The notes beneath the pieces are model-generated. The model did not search any database. It was not told the origin of the DNA and saw nothing but the letters and a program-made list of their open reading frames with translations. From an uncultured bacterium (GTDB taxonomy: Bacteria > Oederibacteriota > Oederibacteriia > Oederibacteriales > Oederibacteriaceae): a stretch of DNA of 64,000 bases. Both the position numbers and the translations under genes were made by a program. This document shows, piece by piece, positions 28,850 to 39,151 of this stretch; the first letter of the stretch is position 1; the number at the start of each line of letters is the position of its first letter. The stretch lies in assembly GCA_965112635.1 (NCBI GenBank), contig OZ218778.1, forward strand, positions 544,001-608,000, read 5' to 3'.

Positions 28850-30145
28850 TCAGATCTCTATCCCTTCTCCGTTGATGAGGTTTTTCCTCAGGTCGCTCGG
28901 CAGATGCAGGAGCCCGAAATCGTCGCTGAGAAGCTCTACCTTCATCTTGCTGGCGTCTATCTTTTCCCGGATCATCACGCTGTAAAGGCCGGCCCGGTCT
29001 ATCTCGTTCAAAAGGATCACGCCCACCACCTTGTTGTCCCTGAGCACGATCTTCCTGTAAAAGCAGCGCTCAGGGTCCTTTTTGACCAGCACTTCATAGC
29101 GCTCGTCCCTTTCCGGCGGGTTGGTGATGCCGAACGAAATGGTCGGGACATCCATGAACTGCACGGAGTTCATGGGGAAAAAGCCGGCGTAGGTCTCCTC
29201 AGCCCCGGCCATATTGGCCCCGGCCACCTTGCCCTGCCGGGCCGCCACGGGCCAGATGGCCAAAACCTGGTCCTTGTTGCTGATGTTGTCATACCCCTGG
29301 GCGCAGTCGCCCGCCGCGTAGATGTCCTTGACGCTGGTCTGCAGGCGCTTGTCCACGACAATGCCCCGGTCGCAGCGGATGCCCGTCTTGGCCGTCAGGT
29401 CAAGGTTGGGTTTGACCCCCACCGCCACGATCAAAAGCTTGGTATCCAAAGCTTGTCCGCCTTTGAGGGCCACTGCCGTGATCTTGCCCTTGGAGGCCAC
29501 GATCTTCTCTATGGAATTGTTTTTGTAAACCTCGCACCCGGCCGCTCTGAGCTTTTGCTCCAGCATATCCGAAGCGGTCCGGTCAAAGGTGCTGGCCAAG
29601 ACCCGGTCGGCCAGCTCCACCAGCTTGACCCGGACCCCTTTTTCGAGCAGTCCTTCCGTGGCTTTGAGGCCGATAAGCCCCGCTCCCAGGACCACGGCAT
29701 CCTTGATCTTGTTCTTGGCGATATAGGAGACCAGGGCTTGGGCGTCGGAGAGCCGGATAAAGTTGAAAACCCCGGCCATCCCCTCGTCATACCCGCTGAT
29801 GGCGGGCAGGATGGGCTTGCCGCCGGTGCTCAAAAGCAGCTTGTCATACCGTATCTTTTGCTTGTTTTCCAGCGTCACCTGGTGCTTGGCGGGGTCGAGG
29901 CTGATCGCTTTGGTTTTGAGGACCAGTTTCACTTTGTTTTTCTCGTAAAAATCATGTTCCTTGAACCCCAGGTCTTTTTCAGCCACCCGGCCGGCCAGGT
30001 AATAGGAAATGAGCGGCCTGGAATAGTTGGCCTGGGCCTCGTCGCTCACGATGGTGATAGTTCCCTCAAGGTCGCGGCTCCGGATGGCCTCGCAGGCGTT
30101 GGCCGCCGCCACCGAATTGCCGATGATGAGGTATTTGATCTTCAC
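28850..30145 (-). CDS. NAD(P)H/FAD-dependent oxidoreductase (NirB-N/rubredoxin reductase-like)
   Basis: GTG start at 30145 overlapping the upstream TGA; IIGNS, YSRP, LSTGG, VLGAGLIG, IYAAGDC. Confidence 0.9.
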   Translation of the reverse strand: MKIKYLIIGNSVAAANACEAIRSRDLEGTITIVSDEAQANYSRPLISYYLAGRVAEKDLGFKEHDFYEKNKVKLVLKTKAISLDPAKHQVTLENKQKIRYDKLLLSTGGKPILPAISGYDEGMAGVFNFIRLSDAQALVSYIAKNKIKDAVVLGAGLIGLKATEGLLEKGVRVKLVELADRVLASTFDRTASDMLEQKLRAAGCEVYKNNSIEKIVASKGKITAVALKGGQALDTKLLIVAVGVKPNLDLTAKTGIRCDRGIVVDKRLQTSVKDIYAAGDCAQGYDNISNKDQVLAIWPVAARQGKVAGANMAGAEETYAGFFPMNSVQFMDVPTISFGITNPPERDERYEVLVKKDPERCFYRKIVLRDNKVVGVILLNEIDRAGLYSVMIREKIDASKMKVELLSDDFGLLHLPSDLRKNLINGEGIEI

Positions 30146-30633
30146 GCTTTGACCCTCTTTCCGTCCTGGTCCACCAGGATGATGGCCTCGTTGGGGCAAT
30201 GCTCCACGCAGGCCGGGAAACCTTTTTCCATGCACAGGTCGCACTTGAAATCCACCTTGTGCCCTTGGACGTCCGGCTTGATGACGCCCCACGGGCAGAC
30301 CATGATGCACATCCAGCACCCCACGCATTTGTCCTTTTTATGCAGGACGCGGCCTTCGCTGTCCCGGTACATGGCACCGGTCAGGCACGCCTCGATGCAC
30401 GGCGCGTCCGGGCAGTGCCGGCACTGCATGGCCAGGGCGGTCGCCCCCTTTTCCTCGAACACGATGCCCGAGGTGGGCCGCTCGGCCGAACCCTTGTAGA
30501 CTTTGACGATGTTCTTGGACTTGGAGTGCTGGGTGATGCAGTAGACCTCGCACAGCCGGCATCCCATGCAGTACTCTTCCCGTATCACGATCCTTCTGGA
30601 TCTCTTTTTGTTCTCCAACAGTTTTTTTACCAT
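30142..30633 (-). CDS. 4Fe-4S dicluster (CooF/HydN-like) electron-transfer protein
   Basis: CMGCRLCEVYC, CRHCPDAPCIEAC, CVGCWMCIMVCP, KCDLC...PACVEHCP. Confidence 0.92.
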   Translation of the reverse strand: MVKKLLENKKRSRRIVIREEYCMGCRLCEVYCITQHSKSKNIVKVYKGSAERPTSGIVFEEKGATALAMQCRHCPDAPCIEACLTGAMYRDSEGRVLHKKDKCVGCWMCIMVCPWGVIKPDVQGHKVDFKCDLCMEKGFPACVEHCPNEAIILVDQDGKRVKA

Positions 30634-32150
30634 GATTCCCCCGCGTGTTTGATGTCCAGTATTTTAAGTTCGGTGTCGCTCAAGCTGACCGCGCGCAGCT
30701 GCTCGCGGTTGCCCCGCAACGACTCGATGGCGTTGATGCCCATGCCGCCCAGCATGTCCTTGATCTCCAGGGACCAGGCGCGCAGGAGGTTGACCAGCCT
30801 CCGCGTCCCGATCTCCGGGTTGAGCCTCCGGGTCAGGATGGGGTCCTGGGTGGCGATGCCCCAGTTGCATTTGCCCTGATAGCATTTCTGGCACATATGG
30901 CAGCCCAGGGCGATGAGGGCCGCGGAACCGATATAGACCGCGTCCGCTCCCAGGGCGATGGCCTTGATGATGTCCGCGCTGCTCCTGAACCCCCCGGCCG
31001 CGATGAGCGAGGCCCGGTGCCGGATGCCCTCTTCCCGCAGGTGCTTGTCCACGACCGCGATGGCCAGCTCGATGGGGATGCCCACGTTGTCGCGGACCAC
31101 CAGGGGCGCCGCGCCCGTGCCTCCGCGGATGCCGTCGATGGCGATGAAATCCGCCCCGGCCCGGACAATGCCGGACGCGATGGGCGCCACGTTGTGCACC
31201 GCGGCGATCTTGACCCCGACCGGTTTTTTGTAACGGGTCGCTTCTTTCAGGGCGAAAATGAGCTGTTTCAGGTCTTCGATGGAGTAGATGTCGTGGTGCG
31301 GCGCGGGAGAAATGGCGTCGCTCCCCTCCGGGATCATGCGCGTCTGGGACACGTCTGCCGACACTTTTTCGCCGGGCAAGTGCCCCCCGATGCCGGGTTT
31401 GGCGCCCTGGCCGACCTTGATCTCAATGGCCGCGGCGCGGTCCAGATACTCTTTATTGACCCCGAAACGCCCGGAAGCCACCTGGACAATGGCCCGGTGG
31501 GAATAGGGGTAGAGGTCCTTGTGCAGGCCGCCCTCGCCCGTGTTCCACAGGGTGCCGAACTCGGTCGCGGCCGCCGCCAAAGATTTGCAGGCGTTGAGGG
31601 AAATGGACCCGTAGCTCATGGCCGAGAACAGGATGGGCGTGTTGAGTTCCAGGAACGGGGGCATCTTGGTCCCCAGCCTGAGCTTACCCGTGTTGTCCCG
31701 CACCAGCTCGAGGTGGTCCGGCTTTCTGCCTATAAAAGTCTTTAATTCCATGGGTTCCCGCAGGGGGTCGATGGACGGATTGGTCACCTGCGACGCGTTG
31801 AGGACGATATGTTCGAAATAGTTGGTGAGGTCCTTGTCGTTGCCCATGCCCGTCAGGGCCATGCCGCCGGTGTCCGCCAGCTTGGTCAGGTTGGAGATGA
31901 CGCTTTTGGTCCAGTTGGAGTTTTCCTTGATCTCCGACGGGCTCCTGCGGATGGTGATGGCGCCCGTCGGGCAGTTCTCCTCGCAGAAATGGCATCCCAC
32001 GCAGCGGGAGCTGTCGGCCTTGAGCGTCTTGGTCTCCTCGTCCCAGATATGGGCGGAATAGGAGCACAGCCGCACGCAGGCCAGACACTGCACGCATTTG
32101 TCTTCGTCGCGTTCGATGATGAACTCGTTGAGGTATTGGGGTTTAGCCAT
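30627..32150 (-). CDS. Glutamate synthase FMN-binding subunit with N-terminal 2x[4Fe-4S]
   Basis: [59 protein letters not shown]-terminal CxxCxxCxxxxC. Confidence 0.95.
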   Translation of the reverse strand: MAKPQYLNEFIIERDEDKCVQCLACVRLCSYSAHIWDEETKTLKADSSRCVGCHFCEENCPTGAITIRRSPSEIKENSNWTKSVISNLTKLADTGGMALTGMGNDKDLTNYFEHIVLNASQVTNPSIDPLREPMELKTFIGRKPDHLELVRDNTGKLRLGTKMPPFLELNTPILFSAMSYGSISLNACKSLAAAATEFGTLWNTGEGGLHKDLYPYSHRAIVQVASGRFGVNKEYLDRAAAIEIKVGQGAKPGIGGHLPGEKVSADVSQTRMIPEGSDAISPAPHHDIYSIEDLKQLIFALKEATRYKKPVGVKIAAVHNVAPIASGIVRAGADFIAIDGIRGGTGAAPLVVRDNVGIPIELAIAVVDKHLREEGIRHRASLIAAGGFRSSADIIKAIALGADAVYIGSAALIALGCHMCQKCYQGKCNWGIATQDPILTRRLNPEIGTRRLVNLLRAWSLEIKDMLGGMGINAIESLRGNREQLRAVSLSDTELKILDIKHAGESW

Positions 32151-33267
32151 GGCCCACCTTCAGCTTTCCGATGGTCGGGACGCCGGCGTCCGGCATCCAG
32201 ACCTCGCTCAGGTCGGGGCAGACGACGCGGATGGCGGCCTCTTCCGAGGCCAGATAAAGGAAATCGCCTTTGCGGCCCGCGACCAGCGGCCTGAGCTTGA
32301 CGCGGTCGTTCAGGCCCACCATGAACTGGTTGTTGGCCACGATGACGCCGAAAGGCCCGTTGATCAGGGCCGGCCCGTATTGCATCCGCAGGGCTCTCAG
32401 CATTTCTTTCTCCTGCGGGTCCATCTTCCGTTCGATGGTGCTCCAGAACGGCGCGGCCAAAACCTTGCCCGTGGTCTCGAAGTCCAGCCCGTTTTTCCTG
32501 ACCAGAAGGTCAAAGAGGTAGGTGATGACCTCGGTGTCCGTGGACAGGGTGCAGTCATATCCGAAATTTTTGAGGTAGCGCCGGTTGGTGCCGTAGGAGG
32601 ATATCTCGCCGTTGTGCACTACGGACCAGTCCAGCAAACCAAAAGGATGGGCCCCGCCCCACCACCCGGCCGAGTTGGTCGGGAACCGGTTGTGCGCAGT
32701 CCATAGGTAGCCTTTGTAAGTGGGGATGCGGAAGAACTCGCCGATCTCCTCCGGATGCCCCTGGCCTTTGAAGATGCCCATGTTCTTACCCGAGGAGAAC
32801 ACGAACGCGCCGTCGATGTCCCTGTTGATGTCCATCACGATCTTGACGATGAAATCCTGCTCGTCGTACCGTTCCAGCGGGTTGTTCAAAGACTCTTCTT
32901 TGACGTCCAGGAAATACCGGCGCAGGATGGGGACGAACCGCAGGGTCTTCACATAGGTGCTGGGGATGGGCTCCTCAAGGACGACCTTGAAATGCTTTTT
33001 CAAAAGCGCCTCGGTCTCCGCCACAGCCGTGTCTTTTTGGAACATCAGGTGGAAACACCACTGGTCTTTGAGCTGGGGGTAGATGCCGTAGGCGGCAAAA
33101 CCCGAGCCCAGGCCGTTGCCCCTTTCCCTCATATTGACGATGGACGCGTAAATATCGGCGCCGGAAAAGGCAACGCCTTTTTCGTTCATGATGCCGGTCA
33201 CTCCGCACGCGGAGGGTATCCGGTAATCAACATCTCCTAAAGGTTGTCCATCATTTCTTCTGAACAT
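32143..33267 (-). CDS. Glutamate synthase glutamine-amidotransferase (class II, Ntn) subunit
   Basis: SACGVTG with catalytic Cys after a propeptide, ERGNGLG, HNRFPTN, HPF, HNGEI, TDTE. Confidence 0.93.
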   Translation of the reverse strand: MFRRNDGQPLGDVDYRIPSACGVTGIMNEKGVAFSGADIYASIVNMRERGNGLGSGFAAYGIYPQLKDQWCFHLMFQKDTAVAETEALLKKHFKVVLEEPIPSTYVKTLRFVPILRRYFLDVKEESLNNPLERYDEQDFIVKIVMDINRDIDGAFVFSSGKNMGIFKGQGHPEEIGEFFRIPTYKGYLWTAHNRFPTNSAGWWGGAHPFGLLDWSVVHNGEISSYGTNRRYLKNFGYDCTLSTDTEVITYLFDLLVRKNGLDFETTGKVLAAPFWSTIERKMDPQEKEMLRALRMQYGPALINGPFGVIVANNQFMVGLNDRVKLRPLVAGRKGDFLYLASEEAAIRVVCPDLSEVWMPDAGVPTIGKLKVGHG

Positions 33268-33622
33268 TTCTCATTCTCCTGATATTGCAGTGGCTTAGTT
33301 ATATCGCATTTTTAATGATTTTGTAGCCCCAGCCGTATTTTTCCTGCAGTTATACCTGTTATTTGGCCTTTACACGGGAAAAATAAGGATTGGGCATAAC
33401 AGAAATCAAGTAACTAGTGGGGTTACTTCAGACCTCGCTTGAAAACTGGCTGTTTTTGGAACCACCCAGCCCGCTGTTCTCTCCCGGGTCTAAGGATTGT
33501 AAGTTGTTCTACCAAAGAAACCTTGTAACTTAATACTAACGCACAAAGGGTAAAGAATCAATAAAGATGTCAGAGCTGAGTGGAATGGAAACAATCTGTT
33601 GTTCCTGAGGCAAAAGAACCTC

Positions 33623-34402
33623 CTATTGAATTGGAATATTCCACTTCTTGGGATCGGTCAGCACTGTTTGATTGGCGATGGTCTGCAAAAACTGCGCGGT
33701 CTCTTTGGGCAAATCCGCCCGATACCCCAATCCCTCCGGGCTTTTGGCATAGATAGCCGCGTAGAACACACAGGCGGCCAGATAGGTCCCGGTCATGGTG
33801 GGATGGCTTCCGTCCCCCTGCCACAGGTCCAGGCCCGGCCTCTGTGCCAAAGCCGCTTTCCAGGCCTCGCCCACCGGAGCGACCCTGAGCCCCAGCTCCT
33901 GGGCTATGCCCAGATAACCCCGGGTCAACTGTTCCTGCATGGAATTAAAATCACTGAACCCGAACTCCGGCATGCCCCCTCGCCTGCCCCAGGTCAGGTA
34001 AAGAATGGGACTGGCTCCGGCCTGCTTTATCTTTTCGTTCAGGCTGCGGACCGCCGGATACATTTCATTGTTCCTGGAATTTTCTACGGCAGGGACCACG
34101 CTCTGCTCCTGCAAAACCACAAAATCCCATTGGCGCTCTTTGAGCTTGTTCAGGGCCGGCTCGGCCGTATCATGCTGTCGGAGCGTCCACCCGCCCGGGG
34201 CCGACATGCCGGTCACGATCTCATAACCGCCGGAATCAGCCAGTTTTACCAGGGTCTGAGGCAGGTCGTTCACATAGGTGTAACTGTTGCCGATGAACAG
34301 GATGGATTTTTTGGGTCCGGCCTGATGTCTGCTGCAACCCGCACTTAGGCCAAGGAGCAGGACTGCGCTAACAAAATATCGGAGAATTGCTTTGTTTCTC
34401 AT
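33623..34402 (-). CDS. SGNH/GDSL hydrolase-like lipoprotein
   Basis: Lipobox LSAGC; FIGNSYT, VVLQEQS, DGSHP. Confidence 0.85.
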   Translation of the reverse strand: MRNKAILRYFVSAVLLLGLSAGCSRHQAGPKKSILFIGNSYTYVNDLPQTLVKLADSGGYEIVTGMSAPGGWTLRQHDTAEPALNKLKERQWDFVVLQEQSVVPAVENSRNNEMYPAVRSLNEKIKQAGASPILYLTWGRRGGMPEFGFSDFNSMQEQLTRGYLGIAQELGLRVAPVGEAWKAALAQRPGLDLWQGDGSHPTMTGTYLAACVFYAAIYAKSPEGLGYRADLPKETAQFLQTIANQTVLTDPKKWNIPIQ

Positions 34403-34492
34403 TTATCTCCTCCGGTCGCGGGAGAACACAAGTCAGAGCGTATTATCTTTTCTTACCGCAGGGGCACGACGCCCAATGCTATGGGGTGGATT

Positions 34493-35203
34493 TTAACGCA
34501 CCAAATGGTCCAGTAAAAATTGGGTCTGTTTTTGCACCACCGACAGGGGCATCATGGAGCCGTGGCCCATGCCCGGGACTTCCACATACTCGATGTCGTG
34601 TTTCCCCAGCCTCATGGCCCGCACAAAACGGTCCGAATGCATCTTTTTGTTGACTAAATCGTCCTTGTCCCCGTGAATGACCAGGTAAGGGATACGCGGC
34701 ATGGCCCTGACCTGGTGCAGGGGAGAATGTTCGCGGAGCACTTTGGCCAAAGGCTGTTTGTATCCGCTGAAAGCGTGGAGAAAGGTGCGGGGCAGATCGG
34801 GCCGCTCGTTGAAATGGCCGGGCAGGTCGCAGACCGGGAACAAGGCCATGCAGGCGGACACGGGTTTCCTGGCATAGCGGGTGTACAGCAGGGCGCTGCA
34901 GCCGCCCATGCTGGCGCCGGTCGACAACAAAGGCACGGAGTCGGCCAGTTTGTATTCCCTATAGACCGCCCTGACCAGGTCGTCGACCATGGCCCGGGCC
35001 TGCCGGTTCATCCATGCCCAGGGGCCGTAATAGGGATAGACCAGCAGTCCCCCGGCCCGGGCACACTCGATCTCCGCGGGTGATTCCGGGCTTTCCTTCA
35101 TAATGGTCGAGCCCAGTCCGTGGAACTGCAGTACCACCCCGGTGACGGGCTTTTTGGTAAAACGGTCGGATATCCAGGCAACCTGTTTGATCCATGGGTC
35201 CAT
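34493..35203 (-). CDS. Alpha/beta hydrolase (esterase/S9-like)
   Basis: FHGLG, GASMGG, HGDKD, GMGH. Confidence 0.85.
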   Translation of the reverse strand: MDPWIKQVAWISDRFTKKPVTGVVLQFHGLGSTIMKESPESPAEIECARAGGLLVYPYYGPWAWMNRQARAMVDDLVRAVYREYKLADSVPLLSTGASMGGCSALLYTRYARKPVSACMALFPVCDLPGHFNERPDLPRTFLHAFSGYKQPLAKVLREHSPLHQVRAMPRIPYLVIHGDKDDLVNKKMHSDRFVRAMRLGKHDIEYVEVPGMGHGSMMPLSVVQKQTQFLLDHLVR

Positions 35204-35215
35204 TGTCCAGCTCCC

Positions 35216-35572
35216 CTAAAACCTCTTGCTCAAAATGTGGATGAGGACCTCGGCCAGGGTCAAATAGACCAGGTCCGTGAGGATGACCGTCAGGTAGAAC
35301 CAGACGCTCTCGGATTGTTTGAAAAAAGAACGCAGGAGCCTGAAACTCATGAAACAAACGATGCAGAGGCAGACGGCCAGGATGACCATCACCTTCATGG
35401 AGATGACAATGCCTTTGAGCTCGTCATAGCCCATGCTGGCCAGCTTGGCCAGGCAGTAATTGATGACCAGCCAGATGACCGAAAAAGCCAGGCTCATGGC
35501 CACGTTGATCATCGAGGAATCCGTCCTGTTGATCCAGTCTTTTTCTCCAACCACTTTAGGATCGTCTGCCAT
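35216..35572 (-). CDS. Hypothetical 3-TM membrane protein
   Basis: AGGAG RBS; three hydrophobic segments; sits within the operon. Confidence 0.65.
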   Translation of the reverse strand: MADDPKVVGEKDWINRTDSSMINVAMSLAFSVIWLVINYCLAKLASMGYDELKGIVISMKVMVILAVCLCIVCFMSFRLLRSFFKQSESVWFYLTVILTDLVYLTLAEVLIHILSKRF

Positions 35573-35625
35573 AGCTTCTCCTAACAGTCTGCTTCAAATG
35601 TTTTTTATGATACCAAAGCAGACTG

Positions 35626-36696
35626 TTAATACTTCCCGTATTGTTGCCCGGTCTCGTACATGGCCAAAACATTTTCCGTGGGCGAGTTGTCCTGCAATTC
35701 GTGGGTCGGCGAAAAGCAATAGCCTCCGCCGGGCATCATGATGTCCAAAATGTTCTTGCAATACTCCCTGACCTGCTCCTCGGACCCGAAGGACACGGGC
35801 CCGGCCGTGCTGATGCAGCCGTGGAACGCCAGCCTGCCCCCAAAGGTCTTTTTAAGATATTCCGGGGACATATTCTTGGCCTCGGGCTGCAGAGTATCCA
35901 CGATATTGACGCCCATCTCGATGAAATCCTCGTAAACCCAGCTGCTCGACCCGCAGGTATGGACCATGACCGGCAGGTCAAAGGACTTGGCCACGTCAAT
36001 AAGCTTCTGGTGCAAAGGCCGGATGTTCTTGCGGTAGGTCTCCTTGCTGACCATGGGCGCCTGCTGGGTGCCCAGGTCTTCGCCCATCCAAAAAAAATCT
36101 ATCCCGCCTTTGGCCGCTTCCAAAGTCCGGGCCAGCATCTCCACCTGGATGTCCACCCGCCTCTTGGCCAGCAAAAGCCCGGCCGGCTCGTCGGTCACCA
36201 GGTCCACCAGGGTCTGCTCCATGTTCCTGATCATGCCGTTGGTGTTGATGACATCGCCCATGCCGGCATGGCCCGTAAACACGGCAAACTCCTTGTATCT
36301 ACGGCACTGCTCTGCCACTCCGCTGTAGTCAAAATCGTCCGCTGAGGGCATGGGCCAGCGGGCCACTTCCTCTTTGGTGGCGTTCTGCAGCGGGAAATCG
36401 CAAAAATCCCAGTATCCGCCGCTGCCATGCTCGATATAGCGGCGGTGGATGCCCCAGATATCCACCAGCACCCCTCGCTCCGGGATATCGCTGTGCTTTT
36501 TCTTTCCGATAAATTCCGGCCATATTCCGCGGAAATCCACCTCCAGGGCCTGCCTCAACCCCTCTGCATCTTCCGGGCCCAAACCAAAATGCTTTTTGAG
36601 CCTGGCGTCTATCCCCGGATTGGCCATGTAATCAATGGGCACCCGGTCGGTTTTTTGGTAGCCGAAAGTTTTTAAAACCCGTTCTTTAGAAGTCAT
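35626..36696 (-). CDS. Uroporphyrinogen decarboxylase-family (MtaA/CmuA-like) protein
   Basis: MTSKERV...DRVP, EDLGTQ, HTCG, LQPEA, GGGYCFSPTH, PTENVLAM. Confidence 0.85.
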   Translation of the reverse strand: MTSKERVLKTFGYQKTDRVPIDYMANPGIDARLKKHFGLGPEDAEGLRQALEVDFRGIWPEFIGKKKHSDIPERGVLVDIWGIHRRYIEHGSGGYWDFCDFPLQNATKEEVARWPMPSADDFDYSGVAEQCRRYKEFAVFTGHAGMGDVINTNGMIRNMEQTLVDLVTDEPAGLLLAKRRVDIQVEMLARTLEAAKGGIDFFWMGEDLGTQQAPMVSKETYRKNIRPLHQKLIDVAKSFDLPVMVHTCGSSSWVYEDFIEMGVNIVDTLQPEAKNMSPEYLKKTFGGRLAFHGCISTAGPVSFGSEEQVREYCKNILDIMMPGGGYCFSPTHELQDNSPTENVLAMYETGQQYGKY

Positions 36697-36716
36697 ATGC
36701 TTCCTCCTTGGAAATC

Positions 36717-39020
36717 TTACATCACCACTTTGACGCTGTGGGTCTTATTATCCGTGAATAAAGGAAGGAGGTTGCCGGTAATCTTTTTGCCGTCCACCTC
36801 TATGGAGGTTACGCCGAACTGCTTTTTATTGGGGTTGGCAAACTCCACTTCATACTGGCATCCCCGGAAAGCCCTTTTTAAACTGAATTTGTCCCAGTGC
36901 GAAGGCACGCAGGGGTCGATCAAAAGGCCGTTATAGGAGGCCCGCACGCCGATCATGTAGCTGGTCATGGTGTTATACAGCCAGTCCGCCGTACCCGTGA
37001 TCCAGGAATACAGGATCTCGCCTTTCCTGGGATGCTCTGGCCCGTAATACATGTTGGTCACCATATAGGGCGGGCATCCGGAATGGGATGAGGGATTGAC
37101 CTCGCTGTCCGGCAGGATCTTTTTCATGGACCGGTAGGCCTCGTTGGCCCGTTTGATGCTGATATCCGCGAATATTTTAAAGGAGGTGCCGTGGCAGTAG
37201 GGCGAGGAGTTTTCCCACATACCCGGGATAAAGGTGGTCAGGCGGCCGATGCCGGGGTTTTTATGGCGGTAGGCCGGAGTCATGACCAGAGAGCCGTAAT
37301 CGCACTCCAGGTCGTTGTCGATGACCTTCAAAATGCTCTTGAGCCTTTCGCCTTCCGCGACCCCGGCCATGATGGCCCAGGTCTGCGGGTTGAGGTAGAC
37401 CCGGCCCTCTTTTTCCGTATGGGAGCCGACCTTTTCACCGGCGTCATTGATGCCTTCCAAATACCATTGGCCATCCCAGCCCTGCTCGTTGATGGTCCGC
37501 TTGAGCCGCTCCGACCTGTCCTTGAGCTCGTGCACCAGGCTGTTGTCGTGAAAAACTTCCCGGGCGATGTCCATGGCCTTGGACATGCTGTAGACCATGG
37601 CAATGGAGGTCCAGACCGTCTCCCCTTTTTCCCCGATGCCTATCCAGTTCAAAGAGTCGTTCCAGTCCCCGAAATGCGCCTTGATGAGCCGGTGCGAACC
37701 CAGGTCGTCCGTGGAGTGTCGGATGGCGGTCAGGGTGTGTTCCCAGACCGTGGCTTCGCCTTTGTCGAAATACGGCACTTTTTCATGGAGCAGCCTGAGG
37801 TCGCCGGTCTCCCGCAGGTACGAGTCCAAAGCCGGCGCGATCCACACCGGGCCGTCCGAATAATGGTGGTCGTCCACCGGGTCCCAACCCCGCAGGGTGT
37901 GTCCGTCGCTGTACTGGTGCTTCAAAGACTCGATGATCTTGCGCTTGGCGCCCTCCGGGTCGTAGCCGGCCACGGCCCAGACCGCCTGCAAAACATCCCG
38001 CAGGCCCTTGCCCGTGTCGGTGCCCACCTCGGTGTGCAGCTGCACGGAGCGCTTGATCCAGTAGTTGAACAGGCTGTTTAGCTTTTCCTCGGGCGTCTCG
38101 ATAAACACGCTGGTGTAACTTTTGACCAGGTTCTCCGTGACCGCCTGGAACTCCTCGTCTATCTTGCCCGGCTGGAACCAGCGGTCGCAAAAACTCTCGG
38201 CCAGTTCCATGGTGTCCGTGGCGCCGAACATCACGTTGAAAGTGGTCTCCTGGCCTGGTTTGAGCTCAAAGGTATGCTCCAGAGCGCCGCAGAGCTTTTC
38301 CGCCGCGGCCAGGCTGTTGCGGCAGCGTCCCTCCATCACGGCCTGCGGGCAGTTGACCTGGCTCATACCCAAAAACGCCTTGCGGGAGGAGTCAAAGCCG
38401 GTGGGTTTCAGGTCCGAGGCCACAAACGCGTTGAAAAAGTTGTGAGGCCTCTCCGGCGCGCCGTTAAAACTGACCAGCAGATTTTTTTCCTGATTGTAAG
38501 CGCCCGTGAGGGATGAAAAGTAATCGCAATATTCCTGGTAGCCCTTGAGGAGCCAGTCCGCGAAAGAATAGAACTGGACCTTGCGCGGGTTGGCGCCTTT
38601 GTTCCTGAGGGTGACGGTCCACAGTTCCACCGGGTCGGTCGAGGGTACGAACACCCGCATCCTGGTCTCGATCTGGTCTTTTTCCGACTCCAGCGTGGAA
38701 TACCCCAGCCCGTGCCTGCAGGAAAAGCGGTCCAGCTTCTCCAATACCGGGTACCACCCCGGGCTCCAGACCTTGGCCGTGTCGGCGTCCCGCAAATAAA
38801 AATGCCGGTTCTCGTCCCGCACCATCAGGCAGCGACAATGCGGGTCCATGTACTGCATGGGCCGCTCCGTGAAACACCCGATGCCCGCCAGATGCTGGCT
38901 AACTCCGGAGATGATCTGGCGGTTCCAGAAATAGTTCACAAAAGGGAGCGGCGTGTTGACTTCGGTCACCACATATTCCCTGCCCTGCTTATCAAAATAA
39001 CCGTAATCGACCCTCTCCAT
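36717..39020 (-). CDS. GH94 glycoside phosphorylase
   Basis: GYFD...EYV, CRHGLGYS, GLRDVLQ, GDWND catalytic motif, ENSSPYCH, SWITGTADW. Start chosen at MERVDYG (39020). Confidence 0.9.
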   Translation of the reverse strand: MERVDYGYFDKQGREYVVTEVNTPLPFVNYFWNRQIISGVSQHLAGIGCFTERPMQYMDPHCRCLMVRDENRHFYLRDADTAKVWSPGWYPVLEKLDRFSCRHGLGYSTLESEKDQIETRMRVFVPSTDPVELWTVTLRNKGANPRKVQFYSFADWLLKGYQEYCDYFSSLTGAYNQEKNLLVSFNGAPERPHNFFNAFVASDLKPTGFDSSRKAFLGMSQVNCPQAVMEGRCRNSLAAAEKLCGALEHTFELKPGQETTFNVMFGATDTMELAESFCDRWFQPGKIDEEFQAVTENLVKSYTSVFIETPEEKLNSLFNYWIKRSVQLHTEVGTDTGKGLRDVLQAVWAVAGYDPEGAKRKIIESLKHQYSDGHTLRGWDPVDDHHYSDGPVWIAPALDSYLRETGDLRLLHEKVPYFDKGEATVWEHTLTAIRHSTDDLGSHRLIKAHFGDWNDSLNWIGIGEKGETVWTSIAMVYSMSKAMDIAREVFHDNSLVHELKDRSERLKRTINEQGWDGQWYLEGINDAGEKVGSHTEKEGRVYLNPQTWAIMAGVAEGERLKSILKVIDNDLECDYGSLVMTPAYRHKNPGIGRLTTFIPGMWENSSPYCHGTSFKIFADISIKRANEAYRSMKKILPDSEVNPSSHSGCPPYMVTNMYYGPEHPRKGEILYSWITGTADWLYNTMTSYMIGVRASYNGLLIDPCVPSHWDKFSLKRAFRGCQYEVEFANPNKKQFGVTSIEVDGKKITGNLLPLFTDNKTHSVKVVM

Positions 39021-39151
39021 CCCGGCCTGCTCTCTTTCTTTTGGTTGTTTAAAATAACGGCCTTCATTATACAATAGAAACGACTTTATAAATATTTCCC
39101 CGCCCTTTGATGCCATAGGCGTACAAAGGGGAGGAATCCATAAGGAGAACC

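Noticed and set aside
30146-30328. N-terminal extension of the 492-aa oxidoreductase ORF
   Set aside because: It overlaps the 4Fe-4S gene. The Rossmann fold begins at GTG 30145, which is coupled to the upstream stop.
28904-31745. 531-aa and 366-aa plus-strand ORFs
   Set aside because: They are antisense to well-supported glutamate synthase operon genes.
33455-33472. GGGTGGTTCC on the minus strand resembling a T-box
   Set aside because: It deviates from UGGNACC-GCG, and I found no stem I, specifier loop or terminator.
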